From Octopus sinensis (Eukaryota), in NCBI RefSeq assembly GCF_006345805.1, contig NC_043013.1, positions 19,344,001-19,408,000 on the forward strand: a stretch of 64,000 nt of DNA, written 5' to 3'. The position numbers were made by a program, and so were the translations under genes. The notes beneath the pieces were generated by a model that was not told the origin of the DNA, did not search any database, and saw only the letters and a list, made by a program, of their open reading frames with translations. Shown piece after piece: positions 56,068 through 64,000 of this stretch (position 1 is the first letter of the stretch; every line of letters begins with the position of its first letter).

Positions 56068-56359
56068 GTATATGTATATGTATGTATGTATGTATGTATA
56101 TGTATGTATGTATGTATGTATATGTATGTATGTATGTATGAGTTACACTCATTCGACTCAATTCATTGGTATAAAGTGTTTAAAATTTTGGAACAAGACT
56201 AGCAATTTGCTTCCAGCCGTGACTGTCACAAACTTTTTGTCTTGGTTGCTATTCCTGTGTTCACACAGAGGGTCTCCTTTATGGACATGTTCACATGGAG
56301 AGTCTCCTTTATGGACACGTGAATTAAATTGACGTCACCTTCTGCTACATGGTACCAAG

Positions 56360-56548
56360 CTGAGAAATCAAAATGGCTGAGATATCAAAATGGCTGAGAT
56401 ATCAAAATGGCTGAGAAATCAAAATGGCTGAGAAATCAAAATGGCTGAGATATCAAAATGGCTGAAATATCAAAATGGCTGAGATATCAAAATGGCTGAG
56501 AAATCAAAATGGCTGAGAAATCAAAATGGCTGAGAAATCAAAATGGCT
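56360..56548. repeat. 17-bp minisatellite, 11 copies (CTGAGA[A/T]ATCAAAATGG)
   Basis: Unit starts counted at 56360, 56377 ... 56530. Confidence 0.95.
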
Positions 56549-57887
56549 TTCTTCTCTTTAGTTCCAATCTCAACTGAATCAACAATAAATCACATCTTTT
56601 TCAACATTCCAGCGGAAATATTAATGGCAGATATTGGCGCAGTCGTTTGAATGTCGGATGCAATACTGAGCCGTATTTGTTGTTCAGCTTCTCGTCTCTC
56701 CGAGTTCAAATCTTCTTCTTCTTCTTCTTCTTCTTCTTCTTCTTCTTCTTCTTCTTCTTCTTCTTCTTCTTCTTCTTCTTTTCTTCTTCTTCTTCTTCTT
56801 CTTCTTCTTCTTCTTTTCCTTCTCCCCCTCCCCCCACCCTCTCTCTCAGATACACACACAAACACTTCCTTCTGGATGACACATTTCAAAGGTCTAACTT
56901 GCGGAATACCCAACCACTTATATATGTTAAGTTCAGGAGTAAGAACGCGATAGATGTTTCGAGTAGAAAACCTAATCGGAGGCAGAGAGGAATTTATAAA
57001 TGTTTCAGACGACATTGGGGAAAAAAGGTTTATAAGAATGTGAAGGACAATTATGAGTGAGAGGGAGGAAATTTTAAATTGGGTAAACACATTCTTCATG
57101 TTCTTTAGCTCCATAACCACCCTGACCATGCAGACCTACGACCAAAAATATTTCAACCATGACCATTCTGGGGTTTTTTTCTATGCGCCCATTGTTTTGG
57201 GGAAAATTTAGAGGTATATTTTGAGGAAGATTTCGTAGCTATTTATAGCATTCAACTGACCACGCAGGACTCCCCTGCTGGCTGGCTGAATGGATCATGA
57301 GGTCGGCAGTGGTACAGCTCTAGTTTTGAGCAGCATGGGATTGGAATTTCGAACCGATGATGGTCGTAGAAAACATGTGCCATCTTCAAGAAGACCATCT
57401 TGTCTTTGGATTACAGAATCGCGGAGAAATTGTCATCGCTTTTAAATATGAGAAACGTAAATGATTCAGGTATGATCGGAATGGTTGTGGAACCAGAGAG
57501 TGGAAAGCGTAAGTTAGGATGACCTATGTGTTTGGGATGAATTATGTAGAAACGTAGAATAGGTTTAAATATGATGTTAATATTCTTGAGTTTGTCTGAC
57601 AGTTCAAGTCACTCGTACATCGAAGATTCTATGGAAATGCATGGCTATCACAGCTTCTATTTCATCTTTAAGATATATACCCTTTGTGTCTGGTGAGAAA
57701 GAAACATGAAGATAAGAGTAGAAATATTAGCTTATGGTGCAGTCCGGTTGAGTTTGACAGCCCTCATTTCTTATTTCCATAGTTTGGCAGGAGAAAATAA
57801 TCAAATAGATAGCTAAATTCATAGTTACAAATGATAGGTAGATAGATAGAGGTAGAGAGGGAGATAGAGATAGAGATAGGGAGATAG

Positions 57888-57937
<50 letters not shown>

Positions 57938-57944
57938 AGGGAAC

Positions 57945-58100
57945 GAAAAAGTAGCGAATTGGCGGGCAGAGTCGGTAAAGCGGCGGATAGAAGGCTTTGC
58001 GGGGCTCATTCCAGTTCCCTGCACTCTAAGTTTAAATTCCACCGAGGCCAGTTCTATTTTTTATTTTTCAGGAATCAATAAAGTACCTTCCAGTACTGAG
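57945..58100 (+). mobile_element. SINE family D, diverged
   Basis: tagcgaattggcgggcagagtcggtaa..tttaaattccaccgaggcc. Confidence 0.6.
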
Positions 58101-58689
58101 GTTAATCTTACGTTCGGCCTATCCGTCTGTCTGTCACCATTTCTCTCTCCCTTTCTCCTTCTCTCTGTCTTTGTTTCTTTTTCCCTAAACCCCTCCACCC
58201 CACCCCTCTCTATCTCTCACACACACGCGCACACAAACACTTCCTTCCGGATGACACGTTTCAAAGCTCTAACTTGCGGAATACTCAACCACTTACATGT
58301 TAAGTTCAGGAGATAGATTGAACAACTGTATTCTTATCGCTGGAACCGACGGAGTCTCCTACCACTGTGAATGAGTATTCTATCCAACTTACCCCTACAC
58401 ATTTAACGACGTAGTCGATGGTACCTTAAGTCAATTTTTATTTAACTTGAATTTTTTCATACATTTTTAGGATACAACATGGAAATTCGTTCCTTCTATG
58501 GAATAATGAAAATGACCACCACATCGAGCCCCCATCATCGATGTCCGTAGTCAGAATAGCACAAACTTCAAATACTTTTTTTCGGACTGTTAACTTTTTG
58601 ATGCAGTTTCTCTTTGTCAACCGAGAAAATATACGACGTCGAACATAAAGAATTGTGTCACAGAGCCTTTACTGTAGATCATTTGTCTT

Positions 58690-59090
58690 TAAACATATTT
58701 CGCTCATTGGACTGCGATCTTGGTAGGGCACCACCCTGAAGAGTTTGGTCAGTCAAATCGATACCAGTACTTATTTCTGAAACGTGGTACTTATTCTATC
58801 GGTTTTCTTTTATGAAAAGCTTGGTTAAGCGGACATAAGACAAAACTAGACAGTGTTTGGAACCAATGAAACACAGGCACAGACTTATGCACAAACATAA
58901 ATATTTTGTGTGTATGTGTGTGTGTATCGCAGGCCACTGTTTCCGTCAACCGAATACTCTCACAAATCTTTAGTCGGCCAGGGGCTATAGTAGAAGATAC
59001 TTGTCTAATGTACCAAGCAGTGGGGACAGACCCAAGCTCATATGGTTAGGAAGCAAGCTTCTTAACTGCACAATCAAACCTGTGTCTATA
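58690..59090 (-). mobile_element. SINE family C, diverged
   Basis: ataccagtacttatt..cttattctatcgg..tttagtcggccaggggctatagtagaagatacttg. Confidence 0.7.
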
Positions 59091-60489
59091 AACAGCAACG
59101 CCTGCAAAGTAGATGTGAATTTAAGCGTCAGCCAGCTCTAATTTTAATTAATATCCCATACCATTATTTATGATTACATTTTAGCGGTTAATGGATAACG
59201 GAAGGTCAGTGCAAAAGACACTTTGTCTTGAGACGTATGGAAGAAAGACAAGATGCTGTCCGTAAACTGGAAGCTTAGTCCTAATTGTTGTTACCCAGTT
59301 AAATCTGCTCTGCTAAAAATATCAAAGGAGCAGGTGATGGCATTAAACAGAACGGCGAATTAAGTCTACCCTCCAAGGACTTAGAACTTGAACAAACACC
59401 ACAAGTTATTTGACATTCTGACAATACTGTCATCCCATAACACCCCCGATTGCTATTTTCTTTAGCGACCCTGAAAGGGTGAAAGCCAAACTGATTCTCG
59501 GTATTCCTTGAATTCTTGACCCTGGTGAGATTCGACTTATTCTGTGGCTCCTATCTGTGTTTCTTCGAAAATATATTTCTAGCAATGTTTTCCCCCATTA
59601 CATCCTACCAGTTTATTTACAGCTTATTCTGCTACTCTCTTGCTCTATAAATTTTACCCTTGAGGTACAGGGCCTATTTTAACCCTTAGCAAAAGGTACT
59701 GATTCATGTGCCATGAATGAATGTTAGCACACAGGTAATCCTGCGTGACATATGCTTGGGGGGTCGATCGTCCCCAAGTTCTGTATGTATTAGCCACTGG
59801 ATTATCTTCAGATATTTGACCTCTAAGTATGGCCTTTAACGAGTATTACCACTCCAAGCAAGGGTTTGGATGACTAATAGGTAACTCCATACTCCCTACA
59901 ACCTCTAAACTCCCCAACTGGAGCCTGACTACTAGATGCAGTGATGCAAATCGCCTCATACGGGGGATGATTTGAACCCAGACAGAAAACAATGGCGTAA
60001 CTACACACAGCATGGTACTTTGGAATTTTGGGCATTTTGACATTTTATCTAGCGTTCTTCTCCGCTAGTTCCTCCATCACCATTGTTCTCATAAATATAT
60101 TGAAATATCTTTTTTAAAGTGCTTCTGGCTGATACTTATATCACTGACAAAATTTATTAGCTGTCAGAAAAATCTACAGGTAACCTTCAAGATATTTCTT
60201 AAAGCAATAAATATAGGTGTTGCACGATATTCTTTTTTCACTGTTTTTCTTCGGTTTTTGTTTTGTTTTATATGTTTTCAATTCAATTTTCGGTAATTCT
60301 ATACTTTACAGCAACTGGTATTCACATATCTCGGGCCTGGGGTAATTATGGTAAAAATTTATGGCATATTAATGCGACATATCGTATTGGTGGCGCAATG
60401 ACCAGGTACGATTACATTTTAGTAGAGGCTGTGTTAAGTAACTGAAAACCTGCGTCTTTGTTAATGTGGTATATTCTTAACACACACAC

Positions 60490-60529
<40 letters not shown>

Positions 60530-61446
60530 CACACACTTATACGTATAATTGCGTGAATCTGTGTACTCTGAATGTGTGTGTGTATCATAATATATATATT
60601 ATATATATATATATATTATATATATATTATATATATATATATAGTATGTATGTATATACGCACATGTACACAAATACACACACATACATACATACATATA
60701 TATATATATATTATGTATATCATATAGCAAACTCGATTATGTAACGAATGTACTGAATACACGTTCGATTTATTTGTATATAAATGCATATATAGTTTCA
60801 TATAACTGAGGCGATGTAAATTAAATTAACCCATCACAATATTTTCTTAATCTTTTGGGATGGCCAAGATAGCTTTTTTAGTATGAAGTAAATAAATGAT
60901 AAATTCTTTAGCGGAAAAGGATGCTAGTATCTCGAAGACTGATTTTTATGCAAGATGATTTTAACTTCGCTTCACACAGATAACTTGCCAGTTTGGCAAA
61001 GATTATCGTTGCATACAGCAGTTGATTATATTATACAGTTAAACCTACATACAGCTACACAGACTGTCCTCTTGACAGTGAAGAGTCTTGGTCGGGCAGT
61101 GTACAATGAACTACACCACCCTCTGGTACCTTCTTACAGTTAGGGAGACCGTACTGTTGCAATGAAAGTGCATTAGACAGTGTACAGTGAACTATGCTAT
61201 AATGTGGTACCTGAAAACAAACAGATAGACTGGACTGCTGATTGTTAAGTGTCGTGTTCATAGGAACATGACTGTGAACCAGCAACATTGAGGTTAAATT
61301 CGCACAGAAACACTGCAGATGACTTGCCAATTCTGCAATACTATAGCTGCAAATAGCAGCTAATTATGCTCAACAAGTAAAAACCCAGCTAGTGCCACGA
61401 CTTGGCAAGTACAAAGTGTTTGTCTGTTTGTGTATGTGCGTGTGAG

Positions 61447-61530
<84 letters not shown>

Positions 61531-61701
61531 GCTATGAAGCATTGTGTAGAATCGGCAACATTCGTCAATTTCTTCATTAATTCACATATTTGTTTCCTGT
61601 GATTTATCTTGCATTTACTTCGCATTGTTTTAGCCTTACCCACGATCTTTTATACAATATATATATGCATATATAGATGTACATGCATATATATATGTAT
61701 G

Positions 61702-61783
<82 letters not shown>

Positions 61784-61845
61784 ATGTGTATGTATATGTG
61801 TAAATATATGTATGTATTTATGTATGTACACACATATATACATAC

Positions 61846-61901
<56 letters not shown>

Positions 61902-62476
61902 ATATATATATATATATACACATATGTGTATATATATATATATATTTTAAAAAAATATTTACTAGGGATTGCTTGAAGTTAACTTTCTTCCTACACCTCG
62001 ATTCTTGGATCTTATATTTATATACATATATGTGTGTGTTTATGTGTATATATGTGTGTGTATGTGTTTATATGTGAGTTTATATATGCGTGTGTGTATA
62101 TATGTGTGTGTGTGTATATACATGTGTGAGCGTGTATGTGTGCAGATGAGTGTGTGTGTGAATGTCAGTGCTTGGTAAGTTGTGACACTTGTTAAAATGT
62201 TTCTTGTTGAGTGCTCCCAGTTATATTATATTGTGGTACCTACTTACAGCTAGATAGACTGGACTCTTGACAGTTAACTCACTTGGTCGTATACACACTG
62301 TCACAAACTCAACCACACCGTGGTTCCTACATACAGCTATGTAGCCTGAAATTAAGGTGTCTTTGTCAAGGACTCTTTGCAGAGAACTATGATATAGTGT
62401 GGTACCAACATAAAACTAAATAGGATGGACTGTTTACAGTTAAGTGTCTTGATCATGGATAAAATACAGGGAACTA

Positions 62477-62705
62477 CAGTAATCCCTCGACTATCGCAGG
62501 TGTTACGTTCCAAAACACCCCGCGATAGATGAAAATCCGCGAACTAGAAACAGTACTGTACCGTATATATTTTTAAAAATTATTTTTATAATTTTTATAT
62601 ATTCATTTTATTGTGAATACAAAACAACACCACGAAGGAAGGAGTCGAGGTAAGCTTAAATAATAAACTGCGATAAGCGAACCGTAATATGGCGAAGAAT
62701 TACTG
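62477..62705. mobile_element. pogo/Tigger-type MITE
   Basis: TA-CAGTAATCCCTCG...CGAAGAATTACTG-TA; TA target duplication. Confidence 0.85.
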
Positions 62706-62888
62706 TATATCAATCTGTGGTGTCTACGCACAGCTAGGTAAACTAGGCAGTTGACAGTTAGATGATTTGCTCAGGGTCAGCACTATGGAATCTACAGTTA
62801 GGTAAACTTTAATATATATTAAGTAATTCTATTGATAAATAAATGGAAAACTTTGATCCAACGAACTTATCTAAACAATTGTTATATA

Positions 62889-63254
62889 TCTCTATATATA
62901 TAAACGGCAAAATGTCTGTCTGTGTGCGTGTCCTTTATACAAATCCACAATTCTTCAGGTAGAGGACTCGCATTTTCTATGGTCATTCAAAACCGTCCAA
63001 GGGTGGTCGTGCACATCTTTACATTCCCCGGTCACCCCGCAAAGCCATTAAAAATCAATAGAAGTGACTTTTTTGTGAATTTTCTATCCAAAACCCAATC
63101 AATATGCCCGAAACTTGATACGCCAATTGAATGCCAGCTAGCTGTATGGGATTGGTCAGAGATTTGGACAGTACTCGCATGTATGTGCCCACTCACGCAG
63201 CTGTATATGCATGCACTAGCACTATGACCCGGCTTTTTCGGGTCATAGTGCTAG
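62889..63254 (+). mobile_element. Complete non-autonomous Helitron
   Basis: Inserted between A and T; 5' TCTCTATATATATAAACGGC; 3' CTAG; terminal hairpin. Confidence 0.85.
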
Positions 63255-63529
63255 TCTAATATAAACTACAAACAAAGAGAGCTCTACATACTATATACGC
63301 ATAGATTAGTGATACCTATATGTACATAGTAAACTCTTTTCTATATAGAGTATACATTATTTGGAATTTGACGATTTTTTATGTCTCCTTTCTTCAGGAG
63401 AAGCTTGATGAATTGGTGAACAGCCAATAGCGTTGGACAGCATAAAGATTAAAGTTTATAGCTGAAAAGAATTTGGCTAAGGTTGAAGCAATCTGGATAT
63501 TGGAAAAGAGTTACTTGTAACATGATAAT

Positions 63530-64000
63530 TTGCGCCGGGTGTCAAAACGCCGACATCATGACTAAGGCTCAATGCTCCGTAAATACCATATGACCAGTTG
63601 CAATGGAGAATACAAAGCTGTGATCAGCAGAAATGAACACGGCAAGAGTTCTGACTAAGTCCATACGCTGGAATTCATCGACACGTATTTCAATAGGGCC
63701 TTAGGCTCAATTTACACGGCTGTGTGAATCTGCTGCAGACTGTGGCCAATCCCTGGCTGGCGAGACTTGATGCTGGAAGCGGAAACCTATGTGTAGCAAT
63801 AGGATGCGTTTCTCTGCCATACTTCCGGAAAGAGTCAGCAGTTTTTGTCAGAGAATTCCTTCAACCCAAATTCTGGCCTCCTAATTCCAACGATTTTAAT
63901 CCAGTGGGTTACTAAGTGTGAGGTGCCGTTCTACAAGGCACCAAGAGCTTTGCTTGCATCACCAATGTCGGACTGGTGGTCAAGATCGAGGAGATGCTCG
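63530..64000 (+). mobile_element. maT/DD37D-like transposase fragment, runs off the window edge
   Basis: ..ANPWLARL..YV*Q*DA..CHTSGKSQ..FWPPNSNDFNPVGY*V*GAV. Confidence 0.7.

Noticed and set aside
56360-56548. CRISPR-like regular array
   Set aside because: Units are directly adjacent with no unique spacers, there are no cas genes, and the context is eukaryotic.

Overview
AT-rich, microsatellite-dense eukaryotic DNA. It is most likely cephalopod (Octopus-like); this is inferred from the SINE families and repeat landscape, not tested by search. I recognise no host protein-coding gene, and nearly all long ORFs in the track are translations of (TA)n, (CA)n, (TATG)n or (AAT)n repeats. The window is a transposon graveyard. 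It holds four Penelope-like element (PLE) relics with GIY-YIG endonuclease motifs, RTE, R4/Dong-like and CR1/L2-like LINE fragments, several Tc1/mariner/maT remnants, a hAT element with a perfect 8-bp TSD, a pogo-type MITE, two non-autonomous Helitrons and at least four tRNA-derived SINE families. The strongest signal is a recurring palindromic architecture with hammerhead ribozymes placed head-to-head on opposite strands. An intact canonical pair lies at 46832-47325 and a variant-core pair at 36885-37038. A third inverted repeat with a tRNA-like spacer lies at 39218-39467, and a very recent 1.3-kb fold-back duplication of a PLE 3' end at 15908-17245.
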